64,000 bases of DNA from Salpingoeca rosetta (lineage: Eukaryota; Protista; Choanoflagellata), in NCBI GenBank assembly GCA_033442325.1, contig JAWQFM010000010.1, positions 817,727-881,726 on the forward strand, given 5' to 3'. The position numbers and the translations under genes were made by a program. Positions 24,884-47,037 of this stretch are shown piece by piece; the stretch's first letter is position 1, and each line of letters starts with the position of its first letter. The notes under the pieces were generated by a model. That model worked only from the letters and a program-made list of their open reading frames with translations. It made no database searches and had not been told where the DNA came from.

Positions 24884-26192
24884 ATACACAGACAGCACAC
24901 GCACAAACACACACCAAGAGTCAGAACGCACCGCCAACTTTGAAGAGGCGCAGTCTTGAAAAGGGGATGGAGACTGAGTGGGGCATAAACGGGTTATGGT
25001 GGGGGACGCCATAGAAGTACTGGCGAATGCGCTCCTGTGTTCGCCGCAGCTTGGCCTCTGTTTCCAGTGGGATTACCTGTGGGTGTCCGACGCGCGAGTT
25101 GCAGCCATTTTGATACAGTTAGAGCGTGCTTGCAGAGCAACGTGGTTGCGTCCATGACCAAAACACATCCATTGTCACACACACAGACGCACGCGCACAC
25201 AGACGCACGCACACAGAGATACACACATAGAGACACAGACACACACAGGCACGCGCGAGACGAGATAAGCAAGAATGACACGTGGGTGCTGCTCCACGCC
25301 GGGACTGAAACTTACACCACCAGACTTGGGAATTTTGAGAATCTTTACCCCGTCCACCTTCATTGAGAACCGTACACATGTGTGCAATTAGCGCCATCAA
25401 AACAAGACAAAAAAAAAAAAAAAAGACACGCTTTGCGAAAAGACGTTTGTCACTTGTCACCCAAACACCCACGCCCACGCCCACACCCACGCCCACACAG
25501 GACACCGGAGACAGATACACGAATGTGCAGGCACACGCACGCGTACCGCGACACAAACAACCAAACAACCAAACAAAGCAAAGCACACAAACAAACAAAC
25601 GAACAAACAAAGCAAAGCACACAAACAACCAACCAACCAAACAAACAACCAAAGCAAAGCACACAAAGCAACGCACACACCTTGGAAGCGGTAAGCTTGC
25701 GCTTGAGTTCGTTCACGAGGCGTTCTTGGTCCAGGACGCAAATCACATCACCTGAAGGCAGAGCGAGGCAAGAGAAGGGAAGAGACAAAGTAGGGAAGGC
25801 GGCAATCACAACGATAACCATACCGTGAAATGGGTTGAGTTCCAGGCGAAGCAACTCACAACAAATCACCACGAACAAACGCTGCAAGCTGACAGCATAC
25901 TCGGGCAGTGCCACCCACACCCTGACGCGCTCGCCATGACAATGATGACAACAGCAATATGACAAGACAGCAGCAACATGTACTGGACCCACAATTGAAA
26001 GCGGCCTGAATCTGAAGAAGCGTATCGGAAGGGCACGTGGGGCAGTTGACAACGACCCCAGATGCCCGCGCCTTGTCATCCTAGCACGAAAGGCATAAGG
26101 GAGGAGGCAAGATAAATGCCAGTCATGGCGACAGCGTGAGCGAGAGCGAGAGAGATGCTGCCCGAGCACTTCTTGATATCAATCAAGGCCTT

Positions 26193-26247
<55 letters not shown>

Positions 26248-27123
26248 ACCGCCAGTCAGCAGCAGGCAAGCTGCCGCCGCTACAGGCCAGCAAAGCAGCG
26301 GCTCAGTGACTCAGCAAGCGCACTCAAGAGCACGCGTGCAGCCGACGAACGCACCTCGCTGAGTTTGGCCTGCACGGTCTTGCCAAGGCGCTCCACCGCT
26401 TTCGCATAGAACTTTGAATTCCCCTTGACGGTGGTGTGGCCAAAGTGGAAAAACTGCAGCACGCCACCATGTGTGGTTGTGTGCATGGAAAAGAACAACA
26501 CACATGTCAGGCATATGCAAGAGTGATGCTCACAAAGGACGGAAACAGAGGAGAAATCTCAATAGGTAAGCAAGCAGACAGGCGGACAAGGGAGAGAGGG
26601 GTTGGAGACCACAGAGAGTCCAAGCACACACACACACACACACCCACACCCACACACACACGTACCACTGGTGTTGCATCAACAAAGCCCGATATGGCGT
26701 CGGCTGGTTGCGTGACAGGCGCAGCGGCAACACAGCACGGCATGCCAAAGAAATTCTGACATTCACACACACACATACATACATAGACAGAGAGATTCAT
26801 GAATGTCCGAACATGGGCATGGCGGTACGGATGAGCAGGCTTGATGCGCGGGTACGATTAACAAAAACGGGAGACAGCCAACAACGGTCCAGGAGGAGAG
26901 AAGAGCACCACGGCAGTTGCAACCACCCACAACAGCAAATACAGCCACAGTGACGACACGCTGCTCAAACCACAACGGGCACGTACATCATTTGGATCAA
27001 CATCGACGAGGATGGGCGTGCGGTACATGCGACAGGCGTAGTTGGCAAGAATCCTACAGCAGCTCGACTTGCCGGAAAAGTCTGGACCCACAACCATGAT
27101 CTGTGCCCACAGCCAAGTACAAA

Positions 27124-27171
<48 letters not shown>

Positions 27172-28031
27172 AGATTGGAGTACCACACACGAAACACAAA
27201 CTACAATGCTGAGCTGACATGTAGGATTGGTGCACGGGTCTGGATCCGAGAGTTGTTGCATACCCTTGGGCCCTGGCCGTTGGAATCATGCGCTTTTTGT
27301 CTCTGGTTCTCCAAAGCCGCGTGCAGGTTCAGCATCTGCCGCATGGGCGTTTCCCTGTGATGCGCAAGGCAGCAGCAAGGAATTCCAGTGAGACGCAGTG
27401 GCAGTTGAGAGACTCAAAAACAGCAGCATGATGGCAGAGTGGTTACAAGTCGGAACTTGCACGCACAACAAGGAGTCAGGAGAATAACTTAACAGCAAGG
27501 TTGAGCGTCAAGCAGGATCATGCAGCGGCGAACTATGCATGAAGCACCATCCCGTCCCCATTCGCTCGATCTTTCTGCACAGCAGAACAACAGAACGTAC
27601 TCTGCGACATAAGCTGCATCCGTGGTTGCGGTGTGTGCGATGGAGCAGCCGTGCCAAGTGAAGATGGGCTGACTTTCACTGCTCAATTTGTACTCCTTGC
27701 CTGCGACAAGCTCTGTGCCTAGCAGCTCGGCTTTGCCAAAGTTGACCTGCAGCAAGGCAATAAACCAAGACCACGGCAGAGCAGTGCAGATGTAAAGAGC
27801 AGTGCAGATGGAAAGAGCAGTGCAGATGTAAAGAGCAGTGCAGATGTAAAGAGCAGTGTAGATGTAAAGAGCAGTGCAAATGTAAAGAGCAGTACAGATG
27901 TAAAGAGCAGTGCAACCACACACACACACACACACACACACCTTGACGGAGACCGGCTGCTGTGGCTGAGCCTCCACTCGCAGCTCCTGCCCTTTGCTCA
28001 GCGTCTCTGTCGTTCGCGTTTGTTCTTCCAT
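24080..28031 (-). CDS. CLP1: Clp1 polyribonucleotide 5'-hydroxyl kinase / pre-mRNA cleavage factor subunit (multi-exon)
   Basis: Exon peptides [20 protein letters not shown]..., [11 protein letters not shown]...[46 protein letters not shown] (P-loop), [35 protein letters not shown]...[18 protein letters not shown], ...CGFVVI...[10 protein letters not shown] follow the order of human Clp1 motifs. Some internal exon boundaries are approximate. Confidence 0.92.
27778..27914. repeat. 18-bp minisatellite (GCAGTGCAGATGTAAAGA) x ~7.5 in CLP1 intron 1
   Basis: Visible tandem units with single-base variants. Confidence 0.95.
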
Positions 28032-28176
28032 CTCCGTTGCTGGCTTTGCGGAAATTTTGATAATGATTTGCAGCAATCGCCAACAATCACCAAATCGAAT
28101 CGTCTGACACAGCAACACAACCAACCAAGACGACGAAGCAAGCCCTCATCCCCTCATCCATCCATCCGCCAAAGTC
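28032..28176. promoter_or_regulatory. Putative compact bidirectional promoter between CLP1 and UBE2J1
   Basis: Divergent start codons at 28031 (-) and 28177 (+) leave only 145 bp between them. Confidence 0.65.
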
Positions 28177-31100
28177 ATGGCGTTTGCACATCGCTCCCCG
28201 AGTGAGTGAAGAACCTCCCGCAGCGTCCGTCCTGGCTACGAAGGCCAAACACATCACACACACACACACACATCACACACACACGCAAATACAGGCATGT
28301 GTGATCCATTGCAAGCGTTGATCCATTCCTTAATGGTCGAGAGTTCTGATGTTGTTGTTGTGGTGTTGTTGTGGTGTTGTTGTGGTGCTGTTGTTTGCGT
28401 TTGGAACCTCAGGCACGAAGCGCATCCTGCGCGAAGTGAAGGAACTGGCAAAGCCCACCTATGACTACGTTGCGTACCCCCTTGAGGTAGTCAGCCTGTC
28501 AACTCTGCATGGTTTTGGGTGCTGGCGTGCTGTGTTGTTGTTGTTGTGCTGCGGCTACGTAATGTTGTGTTGTGGTGTTGTCGTTGTGTTGTCGTGTCGT
28601 GATTGCGTTGTTGTTGGGTCGGGTCCTCTGTCCAGCTTCGGCAGTCCACGCGTCCACACTTTGCTTTGATCCTCTTGTCTTCTTCATGTCGACATCTTGA
28701 CGTCTGATGCTGCTCACCCTCTGTCTTTACTTGTGCGGCACACCCCCTCGTTTTCCCTCGCTTCAAGGACAACTTGTTTGAGTGGCACTTCACGATTCGC
28801 GGTCCAGAGGGCACCGAATTTGAAGGAGGCATCTACCATGGCGTGATTCGTCTACCACCAGAGTATCCACTCAAGCCTCCGGCCATCCTCTTTCTCACAG
28901 TGAGTACCTGTGCAGGCAAATGCATGGGCATCACACCAGAGACGGGTGCGGGTGATGTCTTGGGCGAGCGAGGCAGACCACCGACAGGTCTGCAGCTCAC
29001 ACAAGGTGCTCTGGCGTCTTCTTTCACGAGCGCTCACCTGCCGTGGCGGATGTATTTTCTTGCATGCTTGCGTTTGGGCTCTCGTGTCGACGTACAGCCA
29101 AATGGCAGATTCAAGGTCAATGATCGGGTGTGCTTGAGCATCTCAGACTACCATCCAGAAACATGGCAGCCAGCGTGGACAAGTGAGTCGCGTGAGTGTA
29201 TGTGTACGTGTGTACGTCAGTTCGTTTGTGTGTTTGTGTGTTTGTGCGTTTGTGTTTTTGTGTGTTTGTGTGTTTGTGTTTATGGATGTTCACGTGTTCA
29301 CGTGTATGAGTGAATGTGCGTGTGTGTGTGTGTGTGCTGCACACGTTTCTGTTCCTCTCTTTCTCTCTCTGCGACTGGGTATGCACGCGTGCTTCTGTTT
29401 TTCTTCTAATTCTTAGTGTGGGGGCAGCTCACTCATATTATGCAGTGGTGGGCGTTGAACCCCAACCGCGAATCTGATGTTGCGAAAAGTGCTCTGCCTC
29501 GTCTGAACTGTGGGTCGTATGTGTGTTGGTGGTCATGTTCAAGTCAGCACTCACACGACCACGGTTCGCCAACCTTGCCATCTTGCCCTCTCAACGGTCA
29601 TGCCCGCCACTCCTTGCCTCCTCCTCCTCCTCCTCCTCCTCCTCCTCCTCCTCCTCCTCCTCCTCCTCCTCCTCCTCCTCCTCCTCCTCCTCCTCCTCCT
29701 CCTCCTCCTCCTCCTCCTCCTCCTCCTCCTCCTCCTCCTCCTCCTCCTCCTCCTCCTCCTCCTCCTCCTCCTCCTCCTCCTCCTCCTCCTCCTCCCTCGT
29801 TCTCTCTCTTTCTTTCTGTCTTTGTGATTCCCCTCTGCTAGTCCGGACAGTGTTGGTGGCGCTGATTGCTTTCCTGCCGACGCCAGGTCGTGGCGCTGTT
29901 GGCTCCATCGACTGCGCGCCCGCGGAGCGACGAAAGCTTGCGCGACAGTGCGTTTGGATTCCGCTCTTGTTACTTGTGTTTGTGTTTGTTGCGTTTTTGT
30001 TTGCTGGCTTGCGTTGTTATTGTTTGTTTAGTTGCTTGTTTTGCTTGCTTTTGACTTTTTCATTCATCTGTTTGTTGGGCATGCTTGTGTGTATTCGAGT
30101 CGCTGTTGCTCAAGACGACTGCTTTCAACGCTCATATGTGTGCGCTACCTCATTCGTCCACACCTCTGCAGGTCTGTCAAGTGGACGTGTTCAGAGTGCG
30201 GGCACACGCCCAGTCATGACTTGGAGCGGGAACGCAAACACAGGAGCGCCGATGATGAAGAAGCAAACCGCGTCGCTTCACAGCTCTTGGCAGGTTCGTG
30301 GTTGTGGCTTGGTCTGTTTGTCTGTTTATCTGTCCGTCTGCCTGTCTGTGTCTCTCTGTCTGTCTGGCTGTCTGCCTCTCACATGCATGCTTGATTGTAG
30401 TGGGAGCAAGGGTCATCCACAAACAGACGCGCAAGCGCGTGCCACATTGCGTCGTTAATGCTCGCTTTGATTTGCACACATGCATCCACACACGCTTACG
30501 CACACATGCACACATACACATGCACGTGCACATACACGGACACGCGCATAGCGGAAGCCAAGGAGGCAGATCAGAAGAAGAAAGAGGGCCGACAGGAAGG
30601 CGGAGAGAAGAGCAACCAAGAAGACACAGCAAGCACTACTCTGACGACTACAGCTGCAACAGCAGCAGCATCTGAGAGTCAGAGCGCAAGTGACAGCACA
30701 CCGTCTTCCTCATCTTCAGCAGCTGCAGCCAGGTCACCGGCAACAACGTCGGCACGCAGACGAGCTGGGACTGGTGACGGCGGTGCTGAGCAGCAGCACA
30801 CACAGGCAGCGGCCACAACAGAGGCATCAACACCAGAAACAGCAGCAGCAACAGCGCCGAGCAGCTCGCGTCGTAAAGGCGGGCAGCGGCGGAGTCGCAC
30901 GTCATCGGCGCAGACGGCTGCACGGCCCTTGCCGCCACCAGACACGCGGTCCTACGATATCATCATCGCAGGTGCGGTCGCTGTTTGTTGAGTTTGCGTC
31001 AGCGCGCGCGCGTGTGTTCTTGTGTGTGTATGTGTGTTCCTCTGTGTGTGTATGTGTGCATGCTTGCTTGTGCATCTGGTTGAAGTCGCTTCATCCCGTT

Positions 31101-31214
31101 CGAATACACCCACCCCCACCCCACCCTTTTCTGCTGCTTGTGGTTGTTTGCTTGTTTGCAGGCATCCTGATTGCAATACTCGCCCTCCTCGCACAGCAGT
31201 GGCTGTCATCCTAG
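28177..31214 (+). CDS. UBE2J1: Ubiquitin-conjugating enzyme E2 J1 (Ubc6-type, ER tail-anchored, multi-exon)
   Basis: MAFAHRSP|STKRILREVKELAKPTYDYVAYPLE|DNLFEWHFTIRGPEGTEFEGGIYHGVIRLPPEYPLKPPAILFLT|PNGRFKVNDRVCLSISDYHPETWQPAWT|VRTVLVALIAFLPTPGRGAVGSID...; C-terminal hydrophobic anchor YDIIIAG|ILIAILALLAQQWLSS*. Confidence 0.93.
29617..29793 (+). repeat. (CCT)59 perfect trinucleotide repeat in a UBE2J1 intron
   Basis: 177 bp uninterrupted CCT run ending about 47 bp before the 3' splice site at ~29840. Confidence 0.97.
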
Positions 31215-31804
31215 CTGAGCAGACACATGATGATTGATGCATGTGCGCACGCGCGTGTGCTCGTGTCAATTCTTGTTGTTACAACAATCTGTCAAGTCAT
31301 TTGGGTGATGTGACAACAGCACGTCTTGTTTCTCCCCCACACCAGCCGGAAATTCGCCTGGCAGCACCAACACACACCCATCACACACACCCATCACATA
31401 CACAATCTGAGGAGGGTTTATTGCACACGGACCGACAAACAGAAACACCCTACGGCAAGTACATTGGGGGGGGGGAGAGCGCGACACTGGGTGCTGCCGA
31501 CACAATGAACTGGAAGGCATCACGATATCAACAGCACGTGATCAGCGGCGGCAATGGCAACAGACACAACAGGGACGACAAAGGGCAGTTGCGGCAAAGA
31601 AGGAAAGAAGGAAGATGATGGTGAAACGAAACAAAGTGACGCAAGACAAGCAAAGATGGAAGCAGCCAATGTTGGTCCAATACGCACAGGCAAGTGTGCA
31701 AATGGGATTGGGATTTTGGGGGTGGGGGTGTTGCAACGCTCTGCACCGTCAGGCTATGAATCTCTGACACCGGCACGGGGGGACAGCCCAAGTTGTTGGT
31801 TCGC

Positions 31805-32451
31805 TTACGCACGGTCCTCCATGGCCTGATCACAGCAATGGCAATGTGAGTTGACGACGGCAACAAGAAATGACAAACAAAGGGTCGATCTGGGTGGGTA
31901 TTGGTACAACTGACGCGCCGCGCCCACCGACGCATCAAACGCGCGTGCGCCTCGGATAAACCACCACCCACCCTCCTCCTCTCTGCTCATCATCTCAGTA
32001 GCACAATTGATCACGCACCTGCTTCATGAGGGTGCCCATCTGGGCGGGGGACTTGGCAACAATGACACCAGCGTCCTCAAGCGCAGCAATCTGTCGGAAG
32101 AGGGAAAGGGAACGGTGAGATGAAGATGAGATGGGTGTCGCGTTGGTGGTGAGGTGGAGACAACGTTGACAGGCAGTGCACTCGCCAAAAACAACAGAAG
32201 CTAAGAAGGCTGATGCCCAACTCTACTCAAAGTTCTCAACACCCACAACCATCGCCACCATGACCACTGAAGAAATGACACGAAGCCTCCCGACAAGCAC
32301 GTGTGCGCACCTTCTCTGCTGCGCCGCCCTTTCCGCCGGAGATGATGGCACCGGCGTGGCCCATGCGGCGGCCAGGGGGAGCAGTCAGGCCAGCAATGAA
32401 CGACACAACAGGCTTGCGGTTGGGGCCCTGTTGGCGGCGGTCGAGGGAAGA

Positions 32452-32530
<79 letters not shown>

Positions 32531-34909
32531 GGGGGGGGTGGGATTGGTGAGAAACCCGTGCTGACAGAAAAAAAAAAGTTGTCCGTGCGACGCTGAAGCA
32601 GGATGATGAGAACACGCACACAACAAGAACAAGAACAAGAGCAAGAACAAGAGCAAGAACAAAGAAACCACCACCACAGCCACAACAACAATTTATGCAC
32701 GGACCGAGTTGTTCTGCTTGAGGAACTCAGCAGCCTCCTCCTCAGCGGAGCCACCAATCTCGCCAATCATGATGATGCCTGAGAGGAGTTGGAGAAGCAG
32801 CAATAGCAATAGACGGCAGCCGATTGAGATCATGTGAGACATGACACGGTGAGTTGAGAGGGGGAAGAGGAAGAGGGAAGCAGAGGCGAAGACGAGGAAG
32901 AAGAAAGCAAGACCGCAAACATTCGCACATCCGCATGCGCAGACAAGTAACGACTGCAGCAACAGCAACACGCGACGACTAACCGTGCGTGTCTGGGTCC
33001 TTGAGGAAGACGTCGAGGCAGTCAATAAAGTCCGTGCCGTTGAAGGGATCGCCGCCAATGCCTGCACGATACAAATGTGGGAAGACGATACAGCCGCGAG
33101 CACGTGTGATGTCGTCAGTTCCAACAACGATGAGACCCACCAAGGAACACCCACGCCCACACCCACCCACACGCACGCACACACACCCGCACACACGCAC
33201 ACGCACACACGCACACCCACACGAACACACGCACACACGCACACGCACACACGCACACACACACCCACACACAAGAAGCGGGGTGAGGGCGCACTCACCG
33301 ACGCAGAGGGACTGGCCGAGGCCAACGGTGGTGGTCTGGCCAACAGCCTCGTACGTGAGGGTGCCGGAGCGCGATACAACACCTAATGACGTCAAATACA
33401 AGTTGAGCAGGGCAGGGCGGTCAGGATCAAGAATGTGCCTCGGGTTGTCAGCATGCAGCAAAAGGCAAGCAACCAAGCACGAAACACACAATCGCAGGGA
33501 GAAGAAGGGCGCACACCGACGTCAAGCACAGGAGCACTCACCGATGTTGCCTGGGGTGTGAATGTGGCCGGGCATGATGCCAATCTTGCACTCGCCAGGC
33601 TTGATGATGCCGGGGCAGTTGGGGCCTAACCAAATGCGCAAACGCGTACAAGCCCACAAGTACACAAGTGCACAGAGACAAGTGCAGAAGTGCACAACAA
33701 CACAAACAAACAGGCACACGCGCACAGGGAGAGTGGAGAGAAAGGTTGAGAAGAAAGCACGTTGGTGTGAGGTTCAAAGGTACCATAGCGTGCACGATGC
33801 GTGCGGAGAACAAGGTCAATTCTTCAAGCCCTTGGAAGGAATAACTGTTGACGCACCAACAAGACGAGACTTGTCCTGCTGGAGAAGGGCGTGCTTCACG
33901 CGAACCATATCCTGATTGGTGCACGCGCAGCCACAAGCAGTGAGGCGAGGGGATGTTCTCAATCAGTGGTTGGCCAGCGAGTGTGTGCTCACCTCTTCAA
34001 ACCCACACGGGGGCGAGCAAGCAAACGAACAAGCCAACAAACGAACAAGCCAACAAACAAACAAACAAACAAGCAAGCAAACAAACAAGCAAGCAAGCAA
34101 GCAGGCAAGCACGCACGCACGCAAACAAACAAACAAACAAGCGAACAAGTAAACAAACAAACAAACAAGCGAACAAGTAAACAAACAAACAAACAAGCGA
34201 ACAAGTCAACAAACAAACAAACAAGCGAACAAGTAAATAAACAAACAAACAAGCGAACAAGTAAATAAACAAACACACGCAAACCAACCTGTTGGGGAAT
34301 GCCCTCTGTGATGCAGACAATGAGGGGAACCTCGGCCTCCATGGCCTCCAGGACGGCGGCTGCGGCGCCAGGGGGAGGGACGTAGACGACAGTCGCATCA
34401 GCGTTCGTCTCCCGCTTTGCCTGTGTGTTTAAGGCCGGAAGGTGAGTGGAAAAGAGTGGGTACGGAGTACAAGCAGGGGCAAAGATCAAGAACCATTAGC
34501 CTTCGCCTCACAGTGCACAAGGAAGAGCTGTACACTTTTGTTTTGTGTGCGTGTGAATGTGCCTGCGTGCAAGCGGTGGCTGTTCGGATGGTACCTCCTC
34601 AACGCTGCCAAAGACGGGAAGGCCAAGGTGCTCCTGGCCGGCCTTCTTTGGGGACACGCCGCCAACCATGCGTGTGCCGTACTCAATAGCGGCCTCGCTA
34701 TGGAAGGTACCCTTCAGTCAGAGAAGAGAATCCACACAACACGGTGCGAGTGCGAGTGTGAGTGCGTGTGTGCGTGCTTGTGTGTGTTTGTGAGTGGTTG
34801 AACTAGATAACACAACTCGCACAGCATACACACAGCGTACACAACCCGCACAGCATACACACAGCGTACACAAACACACACACGCACACAGACACACACA
34901 TGTACATAG

Positions 34910-34949
<40 letters not shown>

Positions 34950-35461
34950 GCGCACGCACAAACACCCGTGAGCACATGGTGCGAGGGATGTCTCAGGGGT
35001 TGTGTGGCAGTACCTGACGGCCAGTGAAACCCTGGCAGATGACCTTGGTGTCCTTGTTGATCAGCAGGTTGGGGCGGGTGGCCGTGTACATGGTACGAGC
35101 GGCAAAGGCGGCGCGGGCCGCTGCCATCGAGTGAAGGCATGCAATGCGTGCGTGTAGTGTCGGTGTAGTGTCGGTGTAATGTCGGTGTAGTGTCGGTGTA
35201 GTGTCGGTGCGGTGTGGTGGGAGGGAGTTGTGTGAAGGGGTTGTTGGCCAAGCGCACAACGCACACACGCACACACACATACACGTGTACACACACACAC
35301 ACACACACGCACACACACGCACACACACATACACGCGCGCACACACACACACACACATACACGCGCGCACACACACACACATACACGCGCACACACACAC
35401 ACACCACCCATTCAAGTCCGCGCCTCACTGCACCTGTCCTCGAAGCAGCAAGCATCATCAT
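31805..35461 (-). CDS. SUCLG1: Succinyl-CoA ligase alpha subunit, mitochondrial (multi-exon)
   Basis: MMMLAASRT|[36 protein letters not shown]|[25 protein letters not shown]...|[19 protein letters not shown]...[11 protein letters not shown]|[26 protein letters not shown]|[13 protein letters not shown]|[16 protein letters not shown]|IIMIGEIGG|[17 protein letters not shown] (phospho-His motif). The last exon end is approximate. Confidence 0.96.
34015..34275. repeat. Degenerate (AAAC)n / AAACAAACAAGCGAACAAGT-type intronic minisatellite
   Basis: Visible repeated units in a SUCLG1 intron. Confidence 0.8.
35152..35208. repeat. 11-bp tandem repeat (GTGTCGGTGTA) x ~5 in SUCLG1 intron 1
   Basis: Direct inspection. 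Confidence 0.85.
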
Positions 35462-36197
35462 GGCTGGCGATGTGGCTGTAGCTGTTGGTTGGTGTTGCTG
35501 GTTGGTGGTGGTAATGACGATTATGGGTATCTTTGCCAATATGTCGACACTGCGAGTTGTGCGCGCGTGCAGAAATGCAAAACTCTGTGCATGTCGCAAT
35601 ACTGGAAAAATGCCGGCTTCCCTCCATTTCCTGCACGGTAGCATTATATACGCATGGAATCATGGCTCATAAATCATATTCTACTTTTGCTCGTCATTCA
35701 ACGTGTGCTTCTGTGCCGGACTCTGCGCGGTATCTCGTCATCCACTCACAACACCGACCGACCGAGCACGTTGTCTCGAACACGCCGTGTCTTCGCTGGT
35801 GCGTGAGCCGTTGTGACATGATGTTAACAAACTGTGCGTGTGGGTGACATGACGGCGACACTGTACAAAGCACAAAACACTCAAGACAACATCCCGCCCG
35901 TCAGGCGTCTCATGTCATCATTTCATTTATTGGTCTTCCTCCTTCCGCGTCATCAAGCAACTCAACTGTTACGGCAACATAGCTTACTCACATCACATCA
36001 ATCACGCGTGCGAACGCTCAAACCACACACTACTCGCTCTACTTCTTATTGTTGCGTTCGACGCTGCTCGCCTGGCCGCGCTTGTTCTCAGACTCGCAAG
36101 CGTCGCTTTGGGAGGAGATTGTTGAGTGAGCTGCTGATTAGCTTGGCTGGCCGGCTCACACGCCGCCCCTCTCCTGCTTCGCATTCCCCACGTCACC

Positions 36198-44545
<8,348 letters not shown>

Positions 44546-44670
44546 GCAATGAGGGATGGGTGTGCCAGCAGAGAGGGCAGAGACGACGACTTCTTTAAAT
44601 TCAACACCATAAACAGTAGATCAGATATATCGCGCGAGCAACGCAAACACACACACACAAACCCCAAAAA

Positions 44671-44813
<143 letters not shown>

Positions 44814-44882
44814 CGGGGATACAACGCATTGCGGTCGATGAGGTTGAGGCGCAGCTGCAGATCGAGATCTGCAGGGAGCTGG

Positions 44883-44984
44883 ATGCTCGGCGTGGCAACA
44901 CGCCATGGCGTCGCCGTTGCGCTGTTGCTGTCGACCCTCGCGTGCTCCAGCGTCTTGTTCAGCTCCACAAACGCCGGTGCGTGC

Positions 44985-45042
<58 letters not shown>

Positions 45043-46675
45043 GTGTGTGCGTGCGCGCGCGCGCGTGTGTGTATGTGTGTGATCTTGTATGCGCGTGTGG
45101 TGGCGGAGCCGCAGAGCGCGTCCTCGACGCCTACGAGTGTGTGCAATTACGTCGTCATCCACCCCAACACAGTTCACACAGCAGACAACAGTGAGCTCTC
45201 ACCTCTTCATTGTTTCCTCTCACACATGCACGCACGCACACACACACACGCACGCACACACACACACACATGTGCGCATACACAAACGCACCATTGCACG
45301 ACAATTTGCAGGCACAGTGATGATGGAGACGGAGCATGGCACGCAGCTTGGCTTGCAGCACTTTGACGTGTCCTGGCACAGGCAGATTTACACCCGCTTT
45401 CGGCTGTTCATGTTCTTCTATAACCAAACGGGCGCGCCGGACCTTGTGGCCGAGAAGGAGTGCCCGCAAGACACGCCCGAGGTGTGCCACTACCTCTTCA
45501 ATCACACCTACAGCGTCGGCCTTCACACAGCGAGGGTGTTTGTGCAGCACCATTTCTTGGAGGAGCGCTGGGAGCCCGAAGGGTCTGCGGAGGTGACCTT
45601 CTTCACCCCGGCCAACCTCACCTCGTGCCAAGTGCAAGGCCCACCAGAGCAGGCCGTGCGGGTGAACGCGCCATTTGAACTCACGGTGTCCGTGTTCCCG
45701 GACCCGGCACTGACGCGCCCGACCACGTATCGCTGGAACGGCCTCAACCCACACACGGCCGTGGTCACGCACACGCCCAACGTCACGTACGCCCTCAACA
45801 CCACGGGGGTGCACACCATCCGCACGGCTGCAGAGAACGAGTGGTCTGCATCCACGTGCACCTACAACTTGGAGGCGCAGGCGCCCGTGTCCATCCTGAG
45901 CATCGACGCGAGCATCACGTCACCCGGCGGTGGGCCTGGGACAAGGAGCAGAAGGGACGACGGCAGTGTCGGCAGTCCTGGCAACACTGACAGCGGCCCA
46001 AGTTATCATGATGATGGTGGCGGTGGTGCTGGCAGTGCTGCTGCACGTGACCAGGCATACAGCGGAGGTGCGCCAGCGTCGCCATCATCGCGATCGTGGT
46101 GGTGGCCGTCGTCATGGTGGGGTGAAGCCAGATACGGCAGGGGTGACAGCCACAGTGGTGCTGGTGGTGTTCGTGGTGTTGACCACGAAGGCAGTGGTAT
46201 TGGTCGACAGGGCCGACGCCGAGCACCGCGTGCCGTGCATGCAGTGCCTGTGGAAGAGTTTGGGGACCTGAACAACATCACCAAGAGCATGAGTGTGTAT
46301 CTTGGACAGGAGCTGCTGATCAACTGCACCTTTAACGGCACGCGGCCGCTGTTTGCGTACCACTTTTCCGACGACAACACGACTGTGTTTGCGGAGGACG
46401 AGTGCCGGGCGTCCCACATCTTCAACAGCACGGGCAAGCACGTGGTGCTGCTCACCGCCAACAACGCCATCAGCATCTCCAACCACGCCCGTCTGAAGGT
46501 CTCCGTGGAGCGCCGGGTTGACAAGATTGTCGTTCCCGCCGTTGCCGCCCCGCTCATCATCACCATTGTTGTCCTCCTCGTCATGTTCTCCGTGCACAGG
46601 TGCGTGTGTTTGTTTGTTTGTGTTTGTGTGTTTGTTTGTTTGTGTGTTTGTTTGTTTGTGTGTGTGTGTGTGTTT

Positions 46676-46722
<47 letters not shown>

Positions 46723-47037
46723 CTGTGTGTGAAATTTGAGCGCGTCGTGCCTTTTTGTCCCCTCGTTACGTGTCAATTATTCGTGTCCACATGTCCACAT
46801 CCCTGAATGCCTCCCGTTTGCGCGCTCACAACACCCCCTACAACATGTACCACCACCACCACCACCACCACCACCACCACCTTGCAACCCAGGTACCACC
46901 GGTGGCTCGTGTCGACGCGAGGGCTGGAGGTTGCGCGGCACGACTTTGTCGAGTCGCCGGGAAACCGCAACCGCAACCGCCCGCGCCCGTCTCCGCTGAA
47001 GAAGAAATACGGCACCGTGGAGATGTTTGCGATATGA
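44883..47037 (+). CDS. Type I membrane protein with PKD-like domains, TMEM130/PMEL-family-like
   Basis: Main exon ~45312-46599: TYRWNG...NVTYALNTTGVHTIRTAAENEWS and FAYHFSD...ASHIFNSTGKHVVLLTANNAIS (PKD-type), many N-glycosylation sequons, TM IVVPAVAAPLIITIVVLLVMFSV. Last exon 46893-47037: YHRWLVSTRGLEVARHDF...KKYGTVEMFAI*. A signal-like exon lies at 44883-44976, but the 5' splicing phase is unresolved. Confidence 0.7.

Noticed and set aside
27778-27914. 18-bp repeat array as a CRISPR array
   Set aside because: Units are directly tandem with no spacers, the locus is a eukaryotic intron, and no cas genes are present.
29416-30458. Poly-Pro/Leu/Ser/Glu ORFs
   Set aside because: Translations of the intronic (CCT)59 repeat.
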